Shown: one piece after another, positions 36,070 through 46,900 of the stretch
Position numbering within the stretch: position 1 is the stretch's first letter
Layout of the letters: every line of letters begins with the position of its first letter
Assembly: GCA_965201085.1 (NCBI GenBank)
Contig: CBDAVS010000005.1
Location: forward strand, 30,967-94,966
Reading direction: 5' to 3'
Origin: an uncultured Rhodobacter sp.
GTDB lineage: Bacteria > Pseudomonadota > Alphaproteobacteria > Rhodobacterales > Rhodobacteraceae
DNA: 64,000 nt
Translations under genes and position numbers: made by a program
Notes under the pieces: model-generated
Databases searched by the model: none
What the model saw: the letters and a program-made list of their open reading frames with translations, nothing else
Told to the model about the DNA's origin: nothing

Positions 36070-38031
36070 ATGCCCGACGACCTACTCTCCCACCCTCCCC
36101 CCAGTGACTCCTATGATGCGTCATCCATCGAAGTACTCGAAGGACTGGAGCCGGTCCGCAGGCGTCCCGGCATGTATATCGGTGGAACCGATGAGCGTGC
36201 CCTGCACCACCTCGTGGCCGAAGTGCTCGATAACTCGATGGATGAAGCCGTCGCCGGACACGCGACCCGGATCGAGGTGGAGCTCCATGCCGATCAATCC
36301 GTCACCATCCGCGACAATGGACGCGGCATCCCCGTGGACCCGCATCCGAAATTTCCGGATAAAAGCGCTTTGGAAGTGATCCTCTGCACGCTCCATGCGG
36401 GGGGTAAGTTTTCCGGAAAGGTGTACCGACTATCGGGGGGGCTGCACGGCGTCGGCGTTTCCGTCGTCAATGCCCTGTCCGACAGCATGCGTGTCGAGGT
36501 CGCCCGCAACCGGGAAGTGTTCGCCCAGGAATTTTCCCGCGGTACGCCGCTGGGTCCCGTTCAGGCCCTTGGCGCGACGTCCAACCGCCGTGGAACCACC
36601 GTCACTTTCCATGCTGACCCGGAAATCTTTGGCCAGGACAGATTGAAGCCCAGACGCCTGTTCAGGATGGCACGTTCCAAAGCCTACCTGTTTTCCGGTG
36701 TTGAAATCCGCTGGCGTACGCAGCTCGAGGACGATGACGTTCCAAGCGAGGCTGTTTTTCACTTTCCCGGCGGACTTGCCGACTATCTCGGCGAGCAGAT
36801 GAACGGCGCCTCGACCTATGCCGACCGCCCGTTCGCCGGGCGCGTGGATTTCGATGAGCGCTTCAAGACCCCAGGTTCGGTTGAATGGGCGATCAACTGG
36901 ACTCCAAGCCGGGACGGATTCGTCCAGTCATACTGCAACACCGTTCCCACTCCCGAAGGTGGCACACACGAAAGCGGGTTCTGGAACGCCATCCTCAAGG
37001 GCATCCGTGCCTATGGCGAACTGGCGAGCAATCGGAAAGCGGCCCAGATCTCAAGGGAAGATATTATTTCCGGTGGCTGCGCACTTGTTTCCTGCTTCAT
37101 CCCTGAACCGGAATTCTCCGGTCAGACCAAGGACAAGCTGTCGACCGGCGAAGCGGCGCGCCTGGTCGAAACCGCGGTGCGGGACCATTTCGACAACTGG
37201 CTTGCGACCGATACGAAGTCAGCGGGCGCGATTCTGGACTTCCTGGTGCTGCGCGCCGAAGAGCGGCTTCGCCGTCGCCAGGAACGGGAAACCGCCCGAA
37301 AGTCGGCGACGAAAAAGCTGCGTCTTCCCGGTAAGCTCGTCGACTGTACCGCCAATACCCGAGATGGAACCGAGCTTTTCATCGTGGAAGGCGATAGTGC
37401 GGGCGGTTCCGCCAAGATGGCCCGCGACCGCAACACCCAGGCACTTCTCCCCCTACGTGGAAAGATCCTCAACGTTCTTGGCGCCGCGAGTTCCAAACTG
37501 GGTCAGAACGTGGAAATCAACGACCTGTGCCAAGCTCTTGGTGTTGGCATGGGCAGCAGGTTCCGCATAGATGACCTTCGCTATGCCAAAGTCATCGTCA
37601 TGACCGATGCGGATGTTGACGGCGCCCATATCGCTTCGCTGCTCATGACTTTTTTCTTCGTCCAGATGCGCCCGATGATCGATGCCGGACATCTTTTCCT
37701 AGCCTGTCCACCGCTATACCGGCTCACCCAAGGTGCCCGAAGGGTCTATTGCCTTGATGAAGAGGATCGGGATGTCTGGCTGGATAAGGGTCTTGGCGGG
37801 AAGGGCAGGATCGACGTGAGCCGATTCAAGGGGCTTGGGGAAATGGATGCCAAGGACCTCAAGGACACCACGATGAACCCTACAAGCCGCAAGCTCATCC
37901 GTGTCACCATCGACGAGGAGTCACCTGGTGAAACCGGAGACCTCGTCGAACGCCTAATGGGTAAGAAACCGGAACTCAGGTTTAAGTACATTCAGCAGAA
38001 CGCACGCTTTGTGGAAGAGCTCGACGTTTGA
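36070..38031 (+). CDS. parE: DNA topoisomerase IV subunit B
   Basis: This is an intact 653-aa ORF. YDASSIEVLEGLEPVRRRPGMYIGGTD...HHLVAEVLDNSMDEA (GHKL ATPase), ...LPGKLVDC...ELFIVEGDSAGGSAK (Toprim) and ...VIVMTDADVDGAHI... are present. The size and the lack of a GyrB insertion fit ParE. A GyrB versus ParE call by eye is not absolute. Confidence 0.85.
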   Translation: MPDDLLSHPPPSDSYDASSIEVLEGLEPVRRRPGMYIGGTDERALHHLVAEVLDNSMDEAVAGHATRIEVELHADQSVTIRDNGRGIPVDPHPKFPDKSALEVILCTLHAGGKFSGKVYRLSGGLHGVGVSVVNALSDSMRVEVARNREVFAQEFSRGTPLGPVQALGATSNRRGTTVTFHADPEIFGQDRLKPRRLFRMARSKAYLFSGVEIRWRTQLEDDDVPSEAVFHFPGGLADYLGEQMNGASTYADRPFAGRVDFDERFKTPGSVEWAINWTPSRDGFVQSYCNTVPTPEGGTHESGFWNAILKGIRAYGELASNRKAAQISREDIISGGCALVSCFIPEPEFSGQTKDKLSTGEAARLVETAVRDHFDNWLATDTKSAGAILDFLVLRAEERLRRRQERETARKSATKKLRLPGKLVDCTANTRDGTELFIVEGDSAGGSAKMARDRNTQALLPLRGKILNVLGAASSKLGQNVEINDLCQALGVGMGSRFRIDDLRYAKVIVMTDADVDGAHIASLLMTFFFVQMRPMIDAGHLFLACPPLYRLTQGARRVYCLDEEDRDVWLDKGLGGKGRIDVSRFKGLGEMDAKDLKDTTMNPTSRKLIRVTIDEESPGETGDLVERLMGKKPELRFKYIQQNARFVEELDV

Positions 38032-38739
38032 TCGATCTGGTCTGATCACGGGTGGCAGAGGATTTGAGGAAATCGGAACCGCTATCGCAATAAGTATGGC
38101 ACCGGCAATTTGATGAAATCAGATACCTTCATTTTCCTGTGGACCGCGCTTCGTTGGTTTCAGGTGCCCAAATGAGGCGGGAATTTGAGGTTCGAGCCAG
38201 TATGAACCAAGATACAAGAAGCTTCACTTCGGGCATGGAGTCGAAGTACACGGAACGCATCTTGAATTGAGAACCAATCGGATCCGCTTCAAGAAAGGGC
38301 GCGGCGCAAAATGAGTCCGCTCCACTCCGGCTCAAACCTCTCTATCTGACGAATACCCTGCGAGCGATCTGGACGGCAAAGCCAACCTTCGGGAGTTGCC
38401 GGGACCGGTTCCCGGCAACGCTGGCAATCGGCGCTCCCGTTTGCTACGCCATGCTCAACGAATGCATCTACCACGATCAAAGTCTTTCCCGGGCAGCACA
38501 GTGAAAACAAGGATTGCCCGCTGTGCTGAAGCTTAGGTTCAAAGAACGGGTATTGTCGCAGGCAAAGCCATTGAATGATTGAAACACTCCGCTGGACCTA
38601 ACCACTTCCTGAACTTTTCTCATTGCCCGATTCTGGTGATATCCTTTCATACCTCATATGTTTTGCGGCTTGCATAACCAGCATTGCGTGTGCAGGAACG
38701 TTGTTGGCTAAACATTGTAGTCCATAATCAGATGGGAGC

Positions 38740-40130
38740 GAGTTATGCCCGAAAGTTGGTGACGGTCCGTCTGATCAGGCGGCAGCGCTCTCCTGTATGA
38801 TCCCGTCGCTGAACACACCCCCCCGGATGACCTCAGGAAACCTGTTCGGCGCCGGGAGCCTGCGCCAGTTGCCCTTCGCGGACATCATGAGGCGGTAGAC
38901 CATCGAAAGCGCGGTCTTTCCGCTCAGGCAGCCCCTGGTCCTGCGGGTCCGGTTACGGACCGTGGCGAACACGCTCTCGACGGGGTTCGTGGTCCTTATG
39001 TGCCTGCAGTGCTCCGCGGGGAAGTGGTGGAAGGCGAGAGGTCCGTCGCGATCCTTCCCAGGCTTCGCCACCGCCCGTCCGTATTTCACGCGGTGGTTTT
39101 TCACGAAGCGGCCGAAGGCCGCCTCAGCCTCCCTCTTCGTCTCCGCCATCCATATTTCATGAAGATCGGACTTCGCCCGTTCCCTGGGCGGCCTGGGCAG
39201 GGCCCCGGTGACGTTGGCGGTCCTATGCACCCAGCAGCGCCGCTCCCGCGTCTTCGGGCACACGTCCCGCAGAGCTGTCCGGAATCCGGGCGCGCCGTCG
39301 CCGACGGCGAGCTCCGGCGGCTCCTCCAGGCCACGGTCCCTGAGGTCGCGGAGAAGGTCGCGCCAGCTGTCGGCGTTCCCGCGAAACCCGTCCATGACGG
39401 CCAGAACGTCCTTCTCACCATACTCATCGGCCCCGATCACCACCCGCATGCACCGGCGGTCGCTGTCCAGCCGGGGCGTGAAGCAGCCCCCGTCCGCCCA
39501 GACGTGGACGAAGCGCCGGCCGCTGAGATCCCTCTTTCGCCAGGTCTCGCATTCGTCCTTCCATGTGGCCTTCAGCCCCGTCACCGTGGAGGGGGACAGC
39601 CCCTCCGCGTCCGGCCCCGGCAAAGCCGCGGGCGCCTCGCCGAAGTCGCCCGTCGAGATGCCCCTGGGATAGGGCCGGGGCAGGAGATCCCCGACAGACC
39701 TCGGTTTCCGGAGATAGGGCGGCACGGTCGAGGAACGCAGCCTGATCCGGTCCTCACGGGCCACGCCCGCCTTTCGGTCGCGGACGCGGGGAACCTCAAC
39801 GGGCACCCGGCCGGTCCCCGTCATCACCTCCCGCTCCGGCAGGGTCCCGTGGCGCACCACGCGCCTGCGCCCCCCTCGTCAGCGAGATGTTCGTGACGGG
39901 CCAGGAAGTCCGCGACCTCGGCCTGGACCGCCGAGGCCAGAAGCCCGCGGGCCCCGGACCTGATCACCTCCGTGAGCGGATCAGGCGAAAACCCCGATGG
40001 ACGCCCGGACTGGATCACTGTAGATTCGGTCTTGTGGCATATCCCTTTCCCTTCGGGAACTGACGGCGTTTGTTTCACCGCCATGATATGCCGCCCCTCA
40101 GGGGCCGTCACCAGCTTTCGGGCATAACTC
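38740..40130 (-). mobile_element. IS256-family element, copy B (1391 bp), inverted relative to copy A, with no target duplication
   Basis: It has the same inverted repeats (gagttatgcccgaaagttggtgacgg at 38740 and the reverse complement of ccgtcaccagctttcgggcataactc at 40130). The flanking 8-mers differ (atgggagc versus agtcatcc). Confidence 0.9.
38775..40111 (-). CDS. IS256-family transposase, copy B, with the same two-frame arrangement at a C6 run (39870-39875)
   Basis: ORFs 39824-40111 and 38775-39860 are near-identical to copy A, with a few substitutions (for example RSVGDLLP versus RPVGDPLP). It also needs a -1 shift. Confidence 0.85.
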
Positions 40131-40132
40131 AG

Positions 40133-40621
40133 TCATCCCCAGTCCTTGATGACTCCATTTACCAATAGCAAAGACAGGCCCTTGTATCCGAAGGGATCAA
40201 GGAAGGTGAAAGTGGGAATCTGATGATTCTCAGAAAAGAGACGGGCCATGTCCTCGTCGACCGTAAAATTTTCCACGACAGGCTTGTGTCGGAGGCACTC
40301 AATTCCGGGTAATTTCGTGATCTCCTCGGATAAGGTATCCGTGTTGTTTTTGTCCTGATCGTTGAGCAGCACAACCACGGCATCAGCCACCCTGGGATCT
40401 TTCAGAGCGCTTTCGATTACAAGCAGGGGCGTTGAGGCAGAACCGTCGCGATACCGCCCGGGGCCCGCGTAGAGGTCAACATACGCGATTCTGCCTTCGT
40501 GGTATTGCTCGGCCATTGGCAGAATTATCTTCGACCACGCACCAAAATACTGCTGCACGATGGTTGCCTTGATCAGTGAAGCCTCAGATCTTTTTTCGAA
40601 AAACTTCTTTGCCATGAACAC
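40133..40621 (-). pseudogene. tcmP: TcmP-like (three-Cys-motif partner protein) gene, truncated at codon 162 by IS256 copy B
   Basis: MFMAKKFFEKRSEASLIKATIVQQYFGAWSKIILP...RIAYVDLYAGPGRYRDGSASTPLLVIESALKDPRVADAVVVLLNDQD...FTFLDPFGYKGLSLLLVNGVIKDWG*. From memory, family members continue with a Cys-rich GCDCIFFFNY-type block and about 100 or more further residues. Here a TGA lies 4 nt before the IS end. Confidence 0.6.
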
Positions 40622-41038
40622 CTGCCTTTCCGTGCGTGGAACTTCCCTTTATTCCAATAGTAGAACATAGTAGGAACATAAGCAATCGGATTCGTTACGT
40701 TGGCGCGGGTTGCCACCTCGGTCGCGGAGGCAGCCATATCTGGGTAGGAAAGTCATTGCCAAAGAAGCGAAGGGCGACACCGCTTTCGGCACACTGATTT
40801 CGAGCACAATAGAGAGGGGTGGGTTCGGGAAATCGCTCTTTCTTTCCGAGAGCGGACCTGTTGATGATCTGCGTAACAATGCGGGCTTCGCCATCCCCGG
40901 TGCCGATCCGAAGCGCAACCCCGGCCAGGGGCCCGGATTCCACGCGGAATGCGGCGGTCAACGTGATTGGACGGATCGCAACAAAATGAGAAACTTAACT
41001 CACGGTCGTACGTGAGTCGAAAATGGTTGGCAAGTGGA

Positions 41039-42319
41039 ATGAAACGAGCACTAACAAAACTGGAGCAACTTGATGACCGCGAGCTATTCGAAACCTTGTC
41101 GGAGGGTTTGCCACTCATCGTCAGGAATGCTGCGAAATTCGAAGAAACCGCCCGTCGACTCCATGGGAGTCCTGGGTATCGCGATTCGGAAGTCATGCGT
41201 GGTTTCGCGGAGGAGGAGGCCGCGAAGGTCCTGATTCTTATCGATTACGTTCGGTGCCCAAGAAACTGGAAGCGAAGGGCGGAGGTACTGTCGCGCTGCT
41301 ACGGCCATCTCGAAAAGCAGATTTACGCCAATATGTGCGAGTATCCCAATGTGTGGACGTTCAGTGAATTATCAAAGGCGGTCGAGAGGGAATGTCGCCC
41401 ATTGTATCTTGATGGTCCGAACTCGGTTGATTGGATATTCCGGAACGAGATTTTAGAGAAGCGTGAACGTAAACTGTACGTCGATTATGTGCAGGATGTA
41501 ACGGATGCTGACGGTGAGTGCTTCTGGATTGAACCCAGCCATTCCAAGTTCTTTGCAATCAATTGGGATTACGCTGGACCGGGCTGCGTTACGCTTATCC
41601 GGAGCCTCAACCGGGCGGGCGGGCTGTCAGCCGCCGGTCTCGCTACAATCGCCGACGTCTGGAGAGGATACGAGCCCTCTGCGGACAGTGATCGCGACGA
41701 ATTGCGCCGCCTGATTGTCAAAACACTGAAACGTCTCGGAACAGGTGGCGGTTCCTTTGATGAAACGGATGCGCAGTTCATGGTTAGACACTGGCCGTTT
41801 CCTATGTGGCCGCTGGACATAAAGGAGTGGTGCGGAAACAGCGGTGACCTTGCCGGTTTGCGCCAAGAACGACAGCGCGAGATGAAATGGATCGAGGAGA
41901 AGGAGGCGAAGCGCGATCCTGCACCGGTGATTTCCTGGATCAAGGTCGTGGAGCTGAGCGAGGCATATGCTGCATGGGAGAGCGACGTGGAAGCGTGTTC
42001 CGCCCGCAGGGATCCAAAAAAGACAGGCGGGCTTCGGATCCGTTCATCAACGGAAATGGAGAAAAATTTAGGACTGCAGTCCTACTCACTGATCAGGAAA
42101 ATGTTGGCTGCGCTGAGCGACGGGGAACGGGTGGCGCTGGTCGCGCTGGGTTGGTATGGGCGGGAGGGATTTGGAGCCGATTGGTCAGGAATTCATGAAC
42201 ATGCGATCAATATGGCGCCAGGCCTTTGCGAGAATTACCAGATCGGGTTAGGAAGGCATTGGCATAACGGATATATACGCTGGAAGACGGACCCAGCGCC
42301 ATTTTCGGCGGGAATATAG
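41039..42319 (+). CDS. Orphan protein (~426 aa) with an N-terminal AbiV-like HEPN-type region and a C-terminal DUF3775-like region
   Basis: The likely start is ATG 41039 (MKRALTKLEQLDDRELFETL); the track ORF starts at TTG 40967. The N-terminal part reads ...LPLIVRNAAKFEETARRLHGSPGYRDSEVMRGFAEEEAAKVLILIDYVRCP (an AEEExxK helix pair as in AbiV/AbiU2-type HEPN). The C-terminal part reads ...MLAALSDGERVALVALGWYGREGFGADWSGIHEHAINMAPGLCENYQIGLGRHWHNGY (DUF3775-like LVALmWlGRgd...W). Local GC is visibly lower than in the flanks. Confidence 0.6.
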   Translation: MKRALTKLEQLDDRELFETLSEGLPLIVRNAAKFEETARRLHGSPGYRDSEVMRGFAEEEAAKVLILIDYVRCPRNWKRRAEVLSRCYGHLEKQIYANMCEYPNVWTFSELSKAVERECRPLYLDGPNSVDWIFRNEILEKRERKLYVDYVQDVTDADGECFWIEPSHSKFFAINWDYAGPGCVTLIRSLNRAGGLSAAGLATIADVWRGYEPSADSDRDELRRLIVKTLKRLGTGGGSFDETDAQFMVRHWPFPMWPLDIKEWCGNSGDLAGLRQERQREMKWIEEKEAKRDPAPVISWIKVVELSEAYAAWESDVEACSARRDPKKTGGLRIRSSTEMEKNLGLQSYSLIRKMLAALSDGERVALVALGWYGREGFGADWSGIHEHAINMAPGLCENYQIGLGRHWHNGYIRWKTDPAPFSAGI

Positions 42320-42328
42320 CCGTTTTAA

Positions 42329-43286
42329 GAGTTTGAATCATAAGTCACTGATATCATTAAACTATTGTTTTTCATGGAGTTGACGCCCTCGCCACCCGCC
42401 TGAGCAGGAACCGGCAGGCGGCCAGCTGCGCCCATGCCAGCGAGTTCTCGCTGAGCCTTTCGTAATCTTTCGACAGGCGGCGGCACCGGCCCATCCAGGC
42501 GAAGGTCCGCTCCACCACCCAGCGGCGGTAGAGAACAGTGAACCCTTTGACATTCTTCGGTTTTTCGACGATCCTGATCACGTTCGACAACCCCATCCCC
42601 TCAAGCCGCTCCCGCAGCTTCGGACCCGCGTAGCCACCGTCGGCGAACAGCCTACACACCGTGGGCACCGTCTCCAGCAGCTTCGCGATCAGGTCCGGCG
42701 CCCCGTCCCGGTCCTGGATGTCGGCGGTGTGAACCGTCATGACGATCGGTGTGCCGTCGGCGTCCACGATCAGGTGCCTTTTCCTCCCCTTCACCTTCTT
42801 CCCGGCGTCGTAGCCGCGGGGCCCGCCGCTCTCCGTGGTCTTCACCGACTGGCTGTCGATCGAGGCGGCGGTCGGCTCCGCGGAGCGCCCCGAACACCGC
42901 CGCGCGAGGTCCCGGAGACGATGCACGAGACGCTCCAGGAGCCCGCTCCGCCGCCATGCGTAAAAATAGTTCTGGACGGTGGAAAACGGTGGATATCCAG
43001 AGGGTAACGCGCGCCACTGGCATCCCGTGGACAGGATATACTGGACCGCGTCGAACACCGACCGAAGGTCGACCTCGCGCGGCCGTCCCATCCTTCCCTG
43101 CTTCGGCAGCATCGGCTCGATGATGGTCCATTCGGCGTCGGTCAGATCGTTTTGACTGTGGTCGTCCGGGCGCTTATGGATCTGTTGGGTGGTCCTGTTC
43201 CAGGGCATGGCTCTCTCCGTATTTGGTTGCGTTCACCAACCGGAATGCCACATCCTGCGGGACCACTCAACTTATGGAACAAACTC
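42329..43286 (-). mobile_element. IS5-family (IS427-group-like) element, copy 1 (958 bp), with target duplication TAA
   Basis: The inverted repeats are gagtttgaatcataagt (42329) and the reverse complement of the right end, gagtttgttccataagt (43286). TAA occurs at 42326-42328 and 43287-43289. Confidence 0.85.
42372..43208 (-). CDS. IS5-family transposase (278 aa, single ORF)
   Basis: ...DLTDAEWTIIEPMLPKQGRMGRPREVDLRSVFDAVQYILSTGCQWRALP...KGRKRHLIVDADGTPI...LFADGGYAG...YRRWVVERTFAWMGRCRRLSKDYERL. Confidence 0.9.
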   Translation of the reverse strand: MPWNRTTQQIHKRPDDHSQNDLTDAEWTIIEPMLPKQGRMGRPREVDLRSVFDAVQYILSTGCQWRALPSGYPPFSTVQNYFYAWRRSGLLERLVHRLRDLARRCSGRSAEPTAASIDSQSVKTTESGGPRGYDAGKKVKGRKRHLIVDADGTPIVMTVHTADIQDRDGAPDLIAKLLETVPTVCRLFADGGYAGPKLRERLEGMGLSNVIRIVEKPKNVKGFTVLYRRWVVERTFAWMGRCRRLSKDYERLSENSLAWAQLAACRFLLRRVARASTP

Positions 43287-43322
43287 TAAGTCTGTTCGAC
43301 ACCATCGCAATCCTCGGAAGGC

Positions 43323-43779
43323 TTGAATCGCCTTGAGGAACCACGGCATAAGCATCTGCATTCATCGAATGTTGTCGTCGCCATGTGGTTCAGTCACGAC
43401 ATGGACGATGTGCACAACAACGGAATCAGACCAGGGATAGAGGATGCCGGGTACGGACCGCTCCGAGTCGATGGGGCGGATTTCAACGGCAGGATCGATT
43501 ACGGGATCATCGCGCGGGTCCGCCGTTCCCGTTTTCCGGTCGCGGATTTCACGCAGGGAATGGACGGCGCTCGGGGTGGTGTCCACTATGAGACCGGTTT
43601 CGCCCACGGGCCGGGAATTCCGGTGGTGTTCACCTGTCGCAGGAATGCCGTGGAGCACCTTCACCCTGACACTCGGCGGTACAGCCACATCGTCCGGAAC
43701 AGCTTCGCGGGAACCCGCGAACCGGATCCGCGCGACAGTTGGAGACGGGCCGGAAACGCCGTCATCCTCACAACGCTGA
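43323..43779 (+). pseudogene. Nucleoside 2-deoxyribosyltransferase-like (TIR-like fold) small protein gene, frameshifted near 43700
   Basis: ...VVVAMWFSHDMDDVHNNGIRPGIEDAGYGPLRVDGADFNGRIDYGIIARVRRSRFPVADFTQGMDGARGGVHYETGFAHGPGIPVVFTCRRNAVEHLHPDTRRYSHIV is followed by the expected tail ...REPANRIRATVGDGPE... in ORF 43444-43779. Several normally conserved positions look degraded (HFDTRQY reads HPDTRRY). Confidence 0.55.
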
Positions 43780-43925
43780 TCGATTGTTGGGACGGAACCG
43801 GTTTCCGCTGTTCGTCTGGCAGAGACGGCGGGGCGGGAATTACGTTGCGGATGCCAGGTGTGCGGAGGGGAGCATGAAGGGGTCATGAGCGCCACCGGCA
43901 GCCGTTGACGCGAGGATGAGGGCGG

Positions 43926-46900
43926 TCACTCTTCAAGCGCGGGCGGCAACGCGCCCAGGATTTCCGAGGTCCGGACGCTCAGGTACACAATCCGCTTTAT
44001 CACCGAAACGAGGTCCTGCGGTCTGCCGAACCATGCGTTCGGGTCATTCACGATACCGCTGTTCCTGTCGGTGGTGATTTTGTAGCGGTCGATGAACCAG
44101 CCGAGCGGCGTCCTGCCGTTGACCTCGTAACCGTGCGCCTCGGGCGGTATCCCCGCGAGACTGACGCTGTCGTTGACGATCAGGACGGACCTGTCCGGGT
44201 TCGCCCCTTTACCCGCGAATTTCATGGCCTTCGCGGTCAGGCGGCAATCATGCGGCTGGGGATCTCCCGGGCCGGAGAAGCGAAGTTCCAGCGGATACTC
44301 CTCGCATCTTTCGTATCCGGTGTGCAGTTCGGCCAGTTTGAGGCCCGCTTCGGCGAAGGTCGTGAAGTCCCGTGCCAGCGGGACCGCCGGAAGCTCCCTG
44401 GCGAGCGCGTTCGGGAACGCCCGCCTGAAATCCGTGGCGTGGAGAACGCCGTAGACGTAGTGGAAGATGTCATCCTTCGTGATGGCGGGGTTCCCGTAAC
44501 GCTCCCGGAAACGCGCCAGCGCGCCGTCGGTGATGTTGTCGACCTTCCTGAGCGGTGGATCCAGACCGGGAAGGCCGGCCCGGTGATCGGGTCGTTCGTA
44601 CCGATGGCGGGGGAAGCACTGGCCGAACGACAGCAAATGGAGGTCCGGTATGCGATCCACCATGAGCGCGGAGAACGGCTTGGTCGAGCCGATCCCGGTA
44701 ACGCAGATCGCAAGGTTCGGGGTTTCGGGATAAGGAAAGATCTGATGCTGCTGGTATCTACGGGCGATCAAACGGTATTCAACGAAGCAATTCATTGGGA
44801 CGAATGGACGGTAGCAGACAGGTCGAACATTCTCGTTACTGAATGGAATCTCCATTTTTCGAATCAGGTTGGTGCATAGACCTTCGTCCCAGCGAAGATG
44901 TCGGCTGTAACGCTCCGTGAGCCGCTCCAGTCCCTGCGGTGCTCCAAGTTCCTTAAGTTCATTCAGGGCGTCAGTGTAGTTCCTGATCGCCCTTCTGGCG
45001 TTGGTCGCGCAGGCATCCCGTGAGTAGTTGTACAGATAGGCGTCACGACCGGTCTTCATGCCGTTGCTGAACAGCTGGAACACCGTAACGCCCGCATCTG
45101 TCCTCTTCGCCTTAGCCTCCTTGGAGCCGAGGGGCAGCAACCGTCCGTAGCCATCCTCCCGCTTCCCGATCCAGCCGTGATGGGCGTCCGGCTCGATCAT
45201 TCGCCAATCCGCGATCCCGGTGATCGACTGCGCCCCGGCGACGATCTCTAGCTTCCGCTCCCTCGTGAGACAGTCTCCGATGTCGTGATAGAGGATGCGA
45301 CACCCGATGTGTTCCGCCTTCGGGTTCTTGACCAGGAAGAAGACGCTGACCGGAGCGCGGGAACCGCTGCCGAACACTTTGCCGCCCTCCCGCCTGGAAA
45401 GCTCTCCGGAAGTGCGTTGGTTCCCCCTCAGATTGACCACATGGACCGAGGTGAACTCCTCCGCCAGACAGGCGCGGATGCCTGAATCTGCGTTCCCGTC
45501 CAGCCAGGAGCCGTTGGTGACGAAGCCGATCACGCCGCTGTCTCCGATGCGGTCGGAGGCCCAGCGGATTGCCATCTTGTAGCTGTCGTACAGAGAGTTC
45601 CTGTTGGTGCTCGACGAACGCTCCGCATAGGTCTCTGTGACGCGGCTCCTCAGCTTCGGATAGTCCGCTTCCGACTGGCCCACATTCCAGGGGGGATTGC
45701 CGACGATCACCCTTATGTCGGCGTTCATCTGCGCGGTGCGGCGCTCCGAATTCTCCTTCAGCAGATCGGCGATCATATCCTCCCGGTCACGGTCCATCCG
45801 GAAGGTGTCGGTAAGGCAGATCCTCTCGAACGCCCTGTTCTCTCCGGTCACACCCGCATAGGCCTCCTGGATGTTCACCGAGGCGATGTAGTAGGCGAGC
45901 AGCACGATCTCGTTGGCGTGGATCTCACCGCCGAATTTACGCCGCAGCGCGTCCGCGTCGATGATCCCGGACTGGACAAGGCGCGCGATGAAGGTCCCCG
46001 TTCCGGTGAACGGATCGAGGATGTGAACCCCTTCGTCGGCCATCGATCCGCTGAACTCCGTCCCCATGATGTGCTCCACCGAACGCAGGATGAAATCCAC
46101 GATCTCCACCGGCGTGTAGACGATGCCCAACGCCTTGCTGGTCTCCGGGAAGGCGTTGCGGAAGAACTTGTCGTAAAGCTCGGAGATGATCCTCTGTCGC
46201 GCTTTGGTGTCACCCGCCGCCGCCTCGACGCGCCGTTCGACGGAGCGGTAGAACTCTTCCAGCCCTTCGGTCTCGGCTTTCCTCGCTGGTTCTATGACCT
46301 TGAGGAAATCGTCGAGTGCCTGACCTACAGGGCTCTGGGTGAGAAAACCGTCGCCCGAACCATCCCCGCGGAACAACGCGTTGAAGACCGGCAGCGTGAC
46401 CGCATGCTGGGCCAGCATCTCGATCGCCTGTTCCTTCGTGATGGACGGGTTGATGTCGTCGCGCAGCTCCTCCAGGAAGTCGTCGAACATGCCGGCGGCC
46501 GTCTCGACATCACCGTCGCGTCCGTCCCGCTTGGGGGTGACCATCGCCGTGATGCGGACGATATGCCTGCGGGCGATGTCGGCCACGTCACCGGCCCAGT
46601 CCTCCCAGTATTTTCTGTTGCCGCATCTCTCGACCAGCCTAGCCTGGATCGCGGCGGTCAGCTGAAGGTCCCAGGCGTCATGCGTAACCGGTGGCGTTTC
46701 GGGATCGGGATCGGGTGCCGGCGGATCGCCGCGCTCCCCGAGACCGGTGAACTGCGAAACGGTGATGATCGAGAGCTTTCCGATCACCCCGGTCTCCTCG
46801 AAGAGGTTGATCTGCGCCTCGAACCCGGGGTCGTGCGAGCGGATGGCGTTGACCATCTGCCAGACCTTTTTCCACTGGTCACTGTCCTCGAACAGCCGGT

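Noticed and set aside
32940-40130. The two inverted IS256 copies as a composite transposon carrying parE, the Rieske gene and the desaturase
   Set aside because: Copy A has its own perfect 8-bp duplication on both of its sides, so it inserted alone. The outer flanks of the pair (gaatgatg and agtcatcc) do not match.
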